The notes under the pieces were generated by a model that saw only the letters and a list, made by a program, of their open reading frames with translations, was not told the origin of the DNA and did no database searches. From an uncultured virus (IMG/VR IMGVR_UViG_3300047546_001470) (lineage: Duplodnaviria; Heunggongvirae; Uroviricota; Caudoviricetes): DNA of 20,000 bases. The translations under genes were made by a program, and so were the position numbers. This document shows, piece by piece, positions 1 to 7,775 of this stretch (positions are counted from its first letter, which is position 1; each line of letters starts with the position of its first letter). The DNA lies in the IMG/VR virus record IMGVR_UViG_3300047546_001470. One strand, 5' to 3'.

Positions 1-378
1 TCCGTAGGAATGAAAACCGATACAGTGTCTGTGTCTAAAAAACAATACGAAGATATGGCAATGTTAGTATATGAAGAACGTCTTGTCATGCCGTCTATAG
101 AACTTTTGTTTGAAGAACTTACAGAATTAAAAATAACAAAAAATGGTAAAAATGTTGATCACCCAAGAAAATTATCTAAAGACTTAGCAGATGCAGTTTG
201 CGGGTCTATTTTTGGGGCGATATCATATACCCCAAAAGATCAAAACCTTGAAGTTGAAGTTCATACATTTAGAGACAAACCACGTAGAGTTGACACGCTC
301 CCTGAGAACGTGATACAATATAAACCTAGTCAAATAGAAGATATTCAAGACTATTTGGATAGATTAAAAACAATATAA
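1..378 (+). CDS. terL: Terminase large subunit, C-terminal nuclease part (5' truncated by window)
   Basis: Frame is open from base 1. LFEELTELK...VDHPRKLSKDLADAVCG matches the TerL RNase H-like C-terminal 'DH....KD.ADA' motif. Confidence 0.8.
   Translation, partial: SVGMKTDTVSVSKKQYEDMAMLVYEERLVMPSIELLFEELTELKITKNGKNVDHPRKLSKDLADAVCGSIFGAISYTPKDQNLEVEVHTFRDKPRRVDTLPENVIQYKPSQIEDIQDYLDRLKTI
290..319 (+). promoter_or_regulatory. Sigma70/SigA-type promoter inside terL 3' end
   Basis: TTGACA (290-295), 18 nt spacer, TACAAT (314-319), preceded by TGn (extended -10). Upstream of the gene at 406. Confidence 0.7.
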
Positions 379-405
379 ACCAAAATGAATAATAAAAGGA
401 GAAAA

Positions 406-1554
406 ATGAATTCATTTAAGAAGATTGCTCTTGCCGTGGTTGCAGCCATGACTATGAGCACACTCGTAGTGACACCTGCAAGTGCCAATACCGTTTCTGT
501 TGACGTAACAACTGAAATTGCTGGCGCAGGTACTGCAGCCTCACCATTCACAGTTAAGGTTCCATCTGACAACGTAGTAAGCGTTGCAGATACCACAACT
601 GTCACAAATAACGAAGCACTTCTTATCACCGCTACAGTTGTTTCTGGAACACCAGTAACATTTACCGCAGTTGGTGCTAACACACGCCTCGTTTCTGCAA
701 TTGGTTCAACAGTTAATGCATCTGCTGGATCCTCATCAATCACAGTCACACCTGCTTCAACAACAGCGACTGTCTATGCATATACAACAAGTACTGCTGC
801 ATCTGCGGTTACAGTTTCTGTAGTCGGTGCAAGCACTACAATTTATCTTAAGGGTGTTGCAGGTCCTGCATATGAACTTAAGATGTCAATCCCTGCTTCA
901 GGAAATATTTCTGGCAAGGTAACTGCAACTCTTGATGTAGCAGATATTTTCGGCAACGCTGTTGCTGATACAGTAACTGTTACTACTCTTGGTGGCGCAA
1001 CTGCTGGAACAGTAACTGCTGATGCTCTTGTAACAGGTCGTTACACATCAGACATCACACTTCCTGCAACTGCTGGAACTGTTGCTGTTGGAGCATCTAT
1101 TACTGCACCAACATCTGTTCCAACAATCAAGTTGGCAACAACTTCTCAGACTGCAATCGTAACAGTATCTGATCTTGCTGGAGCACTTGCTACTGCCAAT
1201 GCTGCACTCGCTGCAGAAAAGGCTGCTCGTGCTGCTGATAAGGTAACTGCAGATGCTGCTCTCGCTGCTGCTGTAGCAAAGGCTGCAACTGATGCTGCTG
1301 CTGCTAAGGCTGCTGCTGATGCTGCTGCTATTACTGCTGCTGCTGAAATTGCAACACTAAAGGCTAATGCTGTAACCGCTAAGGTTGCTGCTGATAAGGC
1401 TCTTGCTGATGCAAAGGTTGCTGCAGATGCTGAACTTGCAAAGGTAAAGGCAGATAATGCTGCTGCTATCGCTGCAATGAAGAAGGCATTTAATGATCTT
1501 GCCAAGAAGTGGAACGCAAAGAATCCAAAGGCAAAGGTTACACTTGTTAAGTAA
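406..1554 (+). CDS. Secreted Ala/Thr/Val-rich surface protein (beta-rich N-part, Ala/Lys coiled-coil C-part), 382 aa
   Basis: AAAGGAG SD precedes ATG 406. Signal peptide MNSFKKIALAVVAAMTMSTLVVTPASA. Very strong codon bias. Followed by a terminator. Confidence 0.85.
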   Translation: MNSFKKIALAVVAAMTMSTLVVTPASANTVSVDVTTEIAGAGTAASPFTVKVPSDNVVSVADTTTVTNNEALLITATVVSGTPVTFTAVGANTRLVSAIGSTVNASAGSSSITVTPASTTATVYAYTTSTAASAVTVSVVGASTTIYLKGVAGPAYELKMSIPASGNISGKVTATLDVADIFGNAVADTVTVTTLGGATAGTVTADALVTGRYTSDITLPATAGTVAVGASITAPTSVPTIKLATTSQTAIVTVSDLAGALATANAALAAEKAARAADKVTADAALAAAVAKAATDAAAAKAAADAAAITAAAEIATLKANAVTAKVAADKALADAKVAADAELAKVKADNAAAIAAMKKAFNDLAKKWNAKNPKAKVTLVK

Positions 1555-1572
1555 TTAACAAATTAAAAGATG

Positions 1573-1605
1573 GGGAGTCAGGAAACTGGCTCCCTTTTCT
1601 TTTTT
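1573..1605 (+). terminator. Rho-independent terminator
   Basis: Stem GGGAGTCAG, GAAA loop, CTGGCTCCC (one G-U pair), then TTTTCTTTTTT. Confidence 0.9.
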
Positions 1606-1613
1606 AAATAAAA

Positions 1614-1622
1614 TGTTATAAT
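1614..1622 (+). promoter_or_regulatory. Extended -10 promoter
   Basis: TGtTATAAT directly after the terminator and upstream of the next gene. Confidence 0.6.
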
Positions 1623-1653
1623 AGTCTTATTAAATCTGGAGGCAGAAAGGACT

Positions 1654-3255
1654 ATTAAGAAATTAACCAGAATATTAACAGCAACTTTATTAGCATTTGG
1701 TTTTAACCTATGGCTTCCAGAAAACGCTAATGCCACTTGTGTAAACTTTATACAATCACAAACCATAGCAGCAGCATACAATGGTGATACAGAACCAACA
1801 GTACACACAATGGATACTTGTTCTGGAGACGATGTTTCTTATCAAATTCCTATTGCAAGCACAGTTACTTTTGACGGGGTACAGTATGAAAACATTTATG
1901 CAACAACTAACTCAGTAATTACATTTGGTCAACCTGATCCCACATATTGGGCATATCCTAATACACCATCTATCTCCTTATATTCAATGGACTGGTTTCC
2001 AGGAGCAAGCGGTACATCTGGTTTGGATATATATTATTCAGAGGGCGGATTTCAATTAAATCTAAATATGGTCCCATACGGTAACTATGGGGCACAACCA
2101 AGTACAGTAAATATATTAGTGGCTATTACTAATACTGGCGGTTTAGCGGTGTCCTATAGTTATCAAGGTCCAGAATATCAAAATCTTAGAACAGGAGTTA
2201 GACTTCATAATGGAGACATTGTTTCTTTAGAGGCTTGGGGAGCCACCCAAGTACAGGCTGGTAGTCCAACACCTACTCTTGCTCCAGAACCTATCCCAGA
2301 ACCTTCTCCAACGCCCACAGAAGCCCCTATAACACCAGCAGAGCAACAAGAGCAGGTGGCAGAGGCAGCACAGTTGGCTTCAGAAATATCAGATTTAAAT
2401 AATCTTATTGCATCTATTAATGGTGAAGAGGTAAATAACCCAGAGCCAGAACCTACCACAGACCCTTCTCCAGAGCCAAGTCCTGAGTCTACAAATGAAC
2501 CAGATTTGCCTGACCCTGATGTTGAGGTTGATCCAGAGATAATTACTCCAGATGATCCAAGATTCCCTGATGATGAAGAGCAAACTGAACCAGACGCTCC
2601 CAATCCAACTCCAAGCCCTGATACAACAGGTGGGGTAGACGAAGAGACTGATGCAACTCCAGAGCCTTCACAAGAGCCTTCACCTCAGCCAACGGATACA
2701 GATCCAACTCAAGAGCCTGAACCTGAGCAACCTGCTGACGAAGATCCTGTAGTAGCACCAGATAATGATAACACAAATAGCAGTCCTATTTCTGACGAGG
2801 AACTTAAGAAGTTAAATAAACTAATTAGTGTTAATGATTCTAAATTAATGTCAGCCGTATCAAACTTTTTAACTGAATTAAATCCAGAGGCTAAGAAAGA
2901 GTTGGCAAAAGATCTTGGTATTAAGGCAGAAGAAGTTGCCCTTATTGCAGAGGTAGCAAAAGAAAATCCTGTAGTAGCAGCAGCCGTAGTTCAATTTGCT
3001 GAAAAGGCAGCACAAAATGAAAATGCTCCCATGCCATATACCTTAGCAGATGCTGTAACAGAAATACAAACAGAGGCATTCTTAGCAGATCCGCTTGGCG
3101 TATTGACAGACATAGATTTTGAAAAGTTGTTAAGCCCAACAGAATGGGGTAAAGATATGACAGATGATCAGAGAGAAAAAGTTCAAGAGGTTGTGATCCC
3201 TGTTATTTTGGTAGGAAATATAGTTAGTTCAGTTATGTCACTAAGGAGGTTATAA
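1654..3255 (+). CDS. Secreted/membrane-anchored protein: N-terminal beta domain (NIDO-like motif), long Pro/Glu/Thr linker, helical domain, C-terminal hydrophobic anchor
   Basis: Frame is open from 1612. ATT at 1654 begins a signal-peptide-like IKKLTRILTATLLAFGFNLWLPENANA; first ATG is at 1810. VTFDGVQYENIYATTNSVITFG resembles the NIDO-type 'F.G..Y..iyv.tNg.isF' motif. Ends VVIPVILVGNIVSSVMSLRRL. Confidence 0.75.
   Translation: MKKLTRILTATLLAFGFNLWLPENANATCVNFIQSQTIAAAYNGDTEPTVHTMDTCSGDDVSYQIPIASTVTFDGVQYENIYATTNSVITFGQPDPTYWAYPNTPSISLYSMDWFPGASGTSGLDIYYSEGGFQLNLNMVPYGNYGAQPSTVNILVAITNTGGLAVSYSYQGPEYQNLRTGVRLHNGDIVSLEAWGATQVQAGSPTPTLAPEPIPEPSPTPTEAPITPAEQQEQVAEAAQLASEISDLNNLIASINGEEVNNPEPEPTTDPSPEPSPESTNEPDLPDPDVEVDPEIITPDDPRFPDDEEQTEPDAPNPTPSPDTTGGVDEETDATPEPSQEPSPQPTDTDPTQEPEPEQPADEDPVVAPDNDNTNSSPISDEELKKLNKLISVNDSKLMSAVSNFLTELNPEAKKELAKDLGIKAEEVALIAEVAKENPVVAAAVVQFAEKAAQNENAPMPYTLADAVTEIQTEAFLADPLGVLTDIDFEKLLSPTEWGKDMTDDQREKVQEVVIPVILVGNIVSSVMSLRRL
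2265..2760 (+). repeat. Low-complexity Pro/Glu/Thr/Asp coding repeats (PEP, PSPEP, PTPT)
   Basis: Translation: PTPTLAPEPIPEPSPTPT...PEPEPTTDPSPEPSPE...PEPSQEPSPQPT...QEPEPEQP. Confidence 0.7.
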
Positions 3256-3256
3256 T

Positions 3257-3466
3257 ATGAACATGATTAAGAAGGTAGTTAAGGGATTCTTAAAGTGGCT
3301 TAAGGCTGCTGTAGTTGAGAGCATAGCCCAAGTATTTACCATCCTTGGCTTCTTTATTGCTTGGCTTACCCTTACAGGTACCGCCCAGCAGGTAGTGGGA
3401 GTAGCCACATTAATATCAATAGCCCTATGGCTTATTACCATCCCGCTTCGTGAAGAAAAAGAATAG
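3257..3466 (+). CDS. Small 2-TM membrane protein (holin-like candidate)
   Basis: AAGGAGGT SD. Basic amphipathic N-terminus, two hydrophobic stretches, charged C-terminus. Upstream of the endolysin. Confidence 0.65.
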   Translation: MNMIKKVVKGFLKWLKAAVVESIAQVFTILGFFIAWLTLTGTAQQVVGVATLISIALWLITIPLREEKE

Positions 3467-3481
3467 TATAATGTCGATATG
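3467..3481 (+). promoter_or_regulatory. -10 box placed for leaderless start at ATG 3479
   Basis: TATAAT 3467-3472, 6 nt gap, ATG 3479. No SD. Confidence 0.55.
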
Positions 3482-3694
3482 AAGATTCGTCATATTTTAT
3501 TATCGTGTATACTTGTATTAGGCCTTAGTGGCTGCGGGTATGACGGTCACTATCGCTATCCTTGTCAGGATCCAGCAAACTGGGATAATAAGGAATGTAA
3601 TGTTCCTGTCTGTGAGACAACTGGCACATGTACAAGAGATATAATTGGAAAAGATGCTTGGGATGAGTATCAAAAAACGAAAGGCAATAAATGA
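3479..3694 (+). CDS. Small Cys-rich lipoprotein
   Basis: Lipobox LSGC after a hydrophobic leader, then four more Cys (YPC...ECNVPVC...TC). Confidence 0.75.
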   Translation: MKIRHILLSCILVLGLSGCGYDGHYRYPCQDPANWDNKECNVPVCETTGTCTRDIIGKDAWDEYQKTKGNK

Positions 3695-4134
3695 GCAAGC
3701 AAAGATTGACACCACAAGATCTTGATGCACGACTTAAGTTTATTCTTGGTTGTACATTAGGAGCAATTTTATTATTTACAGCATTGGGTATTTTATATGC
3801 TCTGATATTTGTAACTCAGCCAATAGGAGCACAATCAGAAAATGATAAAATGTTTTTCAATGTGCTTGGCTCAGTTGCAACATTTATTACAGGAACATTA
3901 GCAGGTTTATTAATTGGACAGTCTGGTGCAAAAGATATAATGGCTGCACAACTATCTAATAAGGAAATGGATGCTAAGAATACTCAAGCAGATAAAAAGT
4001 TAGAGTCTGAAATTAAAATGGCTGAAGATAAACTTGATGCAGAACTTGACGAGATAAGAGCAAGACTTGCAAAGAAGCCAGACGGCGCAATGCCAGAAGA
4101 ACAACCAGTTGATACAGAGTGGGACAAGGATTAA
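3691..4134 (+). CDS. 2-TM membrane protein with coiled-coil tail (holin-like candidate)
   Basis: Two hydrophobic helices (FILGCTLGAILLFTALGILYALIFV; FFNVLGSVATFITGTLAGLLIG) and a charged C-terminus. Immediately precedes the CHAP gene. Confidence 0.7.
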   Translation: MSKQRLTPQDLDARLKFILGCTLGAILLFTALGILYALIFVTQPIGAQSENDKMFFNVLGSVATFITGTLAGLLIGQSGAKDIMAAQLSNKEMDAKNTQADKKLESEIKMAEDKLDAELDEIRARLAKKPDGAMPEEQPVDTEWDKD

Positions 4135-4136
4135 TC

Positions 4137-4730
4137 ATGGCAGAAATGGGAACGGCAGAAAAATTAATTGAAGTAGCCAAAGGCGAAGTTGGAACTATTG
4201 AAGGTCCAAAAGACAATGAAACCAAGTACGGTAAGTTTACCAAGGCTAACTTTCAACCATGGTGCGGTTCATTTGTTATGTGGTGTGCCGATCAGGCAGG
4301 AGTAAAGGTTCCTAATACAGTTTATACTCCAGGTGGAGCAGCAGCATTTAAAAAAGCAGGAGCGTGGATTGATGGAGATGTAGCAGATCCAGAACCAGGG
4401 GACATTGCTTATTTTGATTTTCCATCTGACGGGGTAGATAGAATATCTCATGTTGGAATTGTTATTGAAGACAACGGAGACGGAACAGTTTGGTGCATTG
4501 AAGGTAATACATCTGGAGATAATAAAGGTAGCCAAAGAAATGGTGGAGAGGTTTGTAAAAAACTTCGTGCTTATAAGAAAAATAAGAAAAATGTTTTGAT
4601 TTCAATTGTAGGGTTTGGTCGCCCTAAGTTTGGCGGGGCAGTTGCAAAGAAATCTGATGAGCCTGCAAAGCCTAATAAGACTGCTAAAAAATCTAAAACA
4701 TGTCCAGAATGTGGACAAACTATTAAATAG
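4137..4730 (+). CDS. CHAP-domain (NlpC/P60 superfamily) cell-wall hydrolase, probable endolysin
   Basis: PWCGSFVMWC (catalytic Cys), PGDIAYFDF, SHVGIV (His), IEGNTS. AAGGA SD before ATG 4137. Confidence 0.9.
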   Translation: MAEMGTAEKLIEVAKGEVGTIEGPKDNETKYGKFTKANFQPWCGSFVMWCADQAGVKVPNTVYTPGGAAAFKKAGAWIDGDVADPEPGDIAYFDFPSDGVDRISHVGIVIEDNGDGTVWCIEGNTSGDNKGSQRNGGEVCKKLRAYKKNKKNVLISIVGFGRPKFGGAVAKKSDEPAKPNKTAKKSKTCPECGQTIK

Positions 4731-4759
4731 TTGACACATTTTTAGTTCAATGCTATACT
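4731..4759 (+). promoter_or_regulatory. Consensus sigma70/SigA promoter
   Basis: TTGACA (4731-4736), 17 nt, TATACT (4754-4759) with TGn. Intergenic. Confidence 0.85.
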
Positions 4760-4785
4760 AAATACTAAACACAGAAGGGTATGCA

Positions 4786-5319
4786 ATGACTTGTATCGCA
4801 GTCGTTCGTGACAAAGTAAATAATAAAATATGGATGGCTGGTGATCGTGCTATCTCAGATGATAATACAGTAAATATATCTTCAAGTCCTAAGATATGGA
4901 AAAAAGAAGGCTATCTATTTGGATATGCTGGATCAATGGATGGGGATAGAATCAGACATTTATTTGTACCCCCACAATTTGAAGGTCGTGGAAGTATTGA
5001 TAAGTTTATGTATAGTAAATTTTTAAAAGCCTTGCGTAATTTTTATGAAGGTTGGTGGGTAGACACATCTACATCATCAGATTTTGGAATGATAATTTGT
5101 GTACGTGGAAAAATATATGAACACAATGCAGCAGATATGTCATTAACACAATATGAACAGGATTATCTAGCAATGGGTTCTGGCGGAGACTTAGCATTAG
5201 GCTCATTGTATTCAACACAAAAACAAAAGGACGCAAGAAAAAGGGCTGTGCTTGCAGTAAACGCTGCTATTACTCATTCTACATCTTGTAAAGGTCCTAT
5301 TGACATCCTAAGCATTTAG
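4786..5319 (+). CDS. HslV / proteasome beta-subunit-like Ntn peptidase
   Basis: N-terminal M-T-C-I (Thr nucleophile), MAGDRAIS, PKIW, GYAGS, AMGSGGDLALGSL. Confidence 0.8.
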   Translation: MTCIAVVRDKVNNKIWMAGDRAISDDNTVNISSSPKIWKKEGYLFGYAGSMDGDRIRHLFVPPQFEGRGSIDKFMYSKFLKALRNFYEGWWVDTSTSSDFGMIICVRGKIYEHNAADMSLTQYEQDYLAMGSGGDLALGSLYSTQKQKDARKRAVLAVNAAITHSTSCKGPIDILSI

Positions 5320-5328
5320 GAGTATACT
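5300..5328 (+). promoter_or_regulatory. Consensus promoter for probable leaderless gene at 5335
   Basis: TTGACA (5300-5305), 17 nt, TATACT (5323-5328), then 6 nt to ATG 5335. Confidence 0.8.
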
Positions 5329-5334
5329 AAATAT

Positions 5335-5538
5335 ATGAATCATATGGGTATGGAAGACTTGTCTCCAGAGGAACAAGAATTTGGTATTTGGCTGCAAAAC
5401 GGTATTGAAAGAGGCTGGATTAGCGACCCTTATTGTCACACACACGATGGTGGCTATGAGTATATGAGTGAAGAAGAAATAGAGGAATGGGAAGCAGGAG
5501 GCGACCCATGCGAACATGTCGTTAGGATCTTTATTTAA
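5335..5538 (+). CDS. Small acidic hypothetical protein, possible metal-binding (CxxHD...CxH)
   Basis: Own promoter. Motifs YCHTHDGG and GDPCEHVVR. Confidence 0.75.
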   Translation: MNHMGMEDLSPEEQEFGIWLQNGIERGWISDPYCHTHDGGYEYMSEEEIEEWEAGGDPCEHVVRIFI

Positions 5539-5539
5539 A

Positions 5540-7084
5540 ATGTGTATTGTTTGTATTTCTACGGTTACTGTAGCATCTTTATTAGCACCCACACCAACAC
5601 CAGTTGCACAAAATAGTGTAAGCGACTATACAGTTACTACAACAGCGTGTCCTAAATCAAAGGTAAATAAAATTGAAAATAATCGTATTTGCTTAAAAAG
5701 TGGAACAGTTTATAGATGGGCTGTCAAAAAGCCTGTTGTTGTTCAGCCTACACCAACACCTACGCCTACAGCAACACAAACTAAAACAGAGTTACCAACA
5801 TCAAATAAAAAATACTTTTTAAGTCCGTGTGAATTAGATCCCGATACCCCTAGCGAATGGAAGCAGTTTGAAAAGAAACATATAAATGGTGGAGGATGTC
5901 TAAGTCCGTTTAGGGTTCCAAAAACATCAGAACTTACATCTCTTCCTAAAATACAAAATAATTTTGTTACAAAAAATATTTTAGAGTGTAAATTAAATCA
6001 AAATCCACAAAAACAAAATACATTAGGGTTCAAAAATAACGATAAGTTTTGGATAGATTACCTAAAGCATCCATCACCAAATACTGTATACCAAGTAGTT
6101 CCCTTATATTCTAATGATATTCCAAACTCAAATACAAAGCCATCTGAAGATTTTAAGAAGTATTTTGATTTTCTTATTGATTGGACAAAGCAAGCATCCG
6201 ACAATGGATCAAACATACAAATAAAAGTACCAGATAAATATTTATATTTTCCAGGTAACATATCTTCTTATAATTTAATTCATGAAAGAAAACAATTTGA
6301 TGCAGAAAGATTTTCATCTGATTTAATAAAGTCAATAGATAGTCAAATTAATTTTACTAATGCAAATATAGTATTAGTTTTATTTCCACCTAGTACAAAT
6401 AAAATAGTTGGAGACCAAGTAGGTATTGGCACAATAAGAACAGATGAGGGTTTTGTAACTATATCTGTCATGCCAAGTGGTGGAGATCTGGCACAAGAAA
6501 GAAATTTTTCATTCCCAACCTGGTGGATACATGAATTAATGCATGTAGGAATTGGTTTTGATGACAACAATCATTCCCAAAAAGATTCTCCTCAATGGTG
6601 GGGATTAATTAATTGGGCGTCCTCATATGATCTATTAACATGGCATAAATGGATTGCTGGATATATTTCTGATTCACAAGTTATATGTTTAGATAAAGAT
6701 CGTGAGTCTGTTGCATATATAGCACCATCTACAGTAAAGAGCACAAGAAATAAGGCAGTCGTAATCCCAATAGATAAACAAAAGGCTATTGTTGTTGAGT
6801 CTCAAAGAGCAGAGGGTATAAACTATAAACTGCCACAGATTTCTGAAGGCGCACTTGTATATTTGATTGATATGTCAGTAACATCTCACGCCGATGGAAT
6901 TCGATTAATTTTGCCAGAAAATAAAAAAATGATACAGGCATCTAATATGGATAATAAGTCTCCTGGCCATAATTCTAATGCATCTTTAAAGTTAGGAGAA
7001 AGCGCAGTGTATAATGGAATTAAGATTACTGTTATTGAATCTGGAGAGTTTGGGGATGTGATAAAGGTTGAGCCAACAAGATGA
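5540..7084 (+). CDS. Secreted zinc metalloprotease-like protein (HExxH, M6/InhA-like)
   Basis: Hydrophobic N-terminus, PTPTPTPT linker, WIHELMHVGIGFDD, WGLINW, LLTWHKWIAGYI, IVVESQR, GALVYLID. Start is 5540 or 5516. Confidence 0.7.
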   Translation: MCIVCISTVTVASLLAPTPTPVAQNSVSDYTVTTTACPKSKVNKIENNRICLKSGTVYRWAVKKPVVVQPTPTPTPTATQTKTELPTSNKKYFLSPCELDPDTPSEWKQFEKKHINGGGCLSPFRVPKTSELTSLPKIQNNFVTKNILECKLNQNPQKQNTLGFKNNDKFWIDYLKHPSPNTVYQVVPLYSNDIPNSNTKPSEDFKKYFDFLIDWTKQASDNGSNIQIKVPDKYLYFPGNISSYNLIHERKQFDAERFSSDLIKSIDSQINFTNANIVLVLFPPSTNKIVGDQVGIGTIRTDEGFVTISVMPSGGDLAQERNFSFPTWWIHELMHVGIGFDDNNHSQKDSPQWWGLINWASSYDLLTWHKWIAGYISDSQVICLDKDRESVAYIAPSTVKSTRNKAVVIPIDKQKAIVVESQRAEGINYKLPQISEGALVYLIDMSVTSHADGIRLILPENKKMIQASNMDNKSPGHNSNASLKLGESAVYNGIKITVIESGEFGDVIKVEPTR

Positions 7085-7775
7085 GATGCTTACTGGATTT
7101 CAAAAAGACTGGGATCTTTGGGAAAATTCTAAAAATGAAAGTTTTTTATATATAAATAAAATAGCAGTTCCATATAAAAGATGGCTATCGTATATACCAG
7201 TAAAAGAAAATAAAATTTTTAATGATTCAATATTAAAGCCAATTAATCACTATGCTGCTACGCTATATCCACCGCCTCAATTAATTAATATAAACAATAA
7301 TGGCTTTACCTTAAGACAGGGTAATCATGCTGAAATGTTTTTATTAATAGATCATTACCGAAGAGAGGGTAAGTTCTATAATATAGATAGACCCTGGATA
7401 AGACAATATTATAGTTCTGGAAAAGAATATAGTTTGCCAGAAAACTGTTTTGACGGAATATACAGATTTTATGTTCCCTGGGTAATTGATTATGAAATAA
7501 ACATTACCTTTAAGCAACCACCAGAAAGTCCGTTTTTTATATATGAGGATTCTATTAAATTTAATAGGATACCCCCAAATACAACTGAGATAGAGCCTCC
7601 TTTTGTTCATTTTCATTTTAAGAACTCTGGATCTCATATGTTAGATAATGAATTTGGCAAAATAAAAAAACAGTCTCCAATGTTTGATATTGAGGTTCAA
7701 ACAACTGATATAATGTTAATAGACAAAATTAAGGAGTTTTATGAGTTCACGAAAGATAAAATTTTACCCATTTAG
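7068..7775 (+). CDS. Hypothetical protein, probable divergent paralog of the next two genes
   Basis: YRFYVPW...QPPESPF...GKIKKQSPMFDI aligns by eye with FRIMPFW...HP....LPF...GVIKQGTPLVQI. Start is TTG 7068 or ATG 7086. Confidence 0.7.
   Translation: MSQQDEMLTGFQKDWDLWENSKNESFLYINKIAVPYKRWLSYIPVKENKIFNDSILKPINHYAATLYPPPQLININNNGFTLRQGNHAEMFLLIDHYRREGKFYNIDRPWIRQYYSSGKEYSLPENCFDGIYRFYVPWVIDYEINITFKQPPESPFFIYEDSIKFNRIPPNTTEIEPPFVHFHFKNSGSHMLDNEFGKIKKQSPMFDIEVQTTDIMLIDKIKEFYEFTKDKILPI
7706..7714 (+). promoter_or_regulatory. Extended -10 promoter inside gene end
   Basis: TGaTATAAT, followed by AAGGAG SD and ATG 7741. Confidence 0.55.

Noticed and set aside
1200..1480. (GCT)n runs resembling a microsatellite or tandem array
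   Set aside because: In-frame Ala codons of a coiled coil, with no regular repeat-spacer structure.
351..1505. Minus-strand ORFs 351..749 and 1146..1505
   Set aside because: Antisense shadows of the codon-biased Ala-rich gene; lack of TTA/CTA/TCA-type codons removes reverse stops. No SD or promoter.
1578..3441. Minus-strand ORFs such as 1578..1808 and 2205..2603
   Set aside because: They overlap well-supported plus-strand genes and are explained by low-complexity sequence on the sense strand.
3479..4134. Calling the lipoprotein and membrane gene o-/i-spanins
   Set aside because: Order and 2-TM topology do not match spanins and the inferred host is monoderm, so left as unknown.
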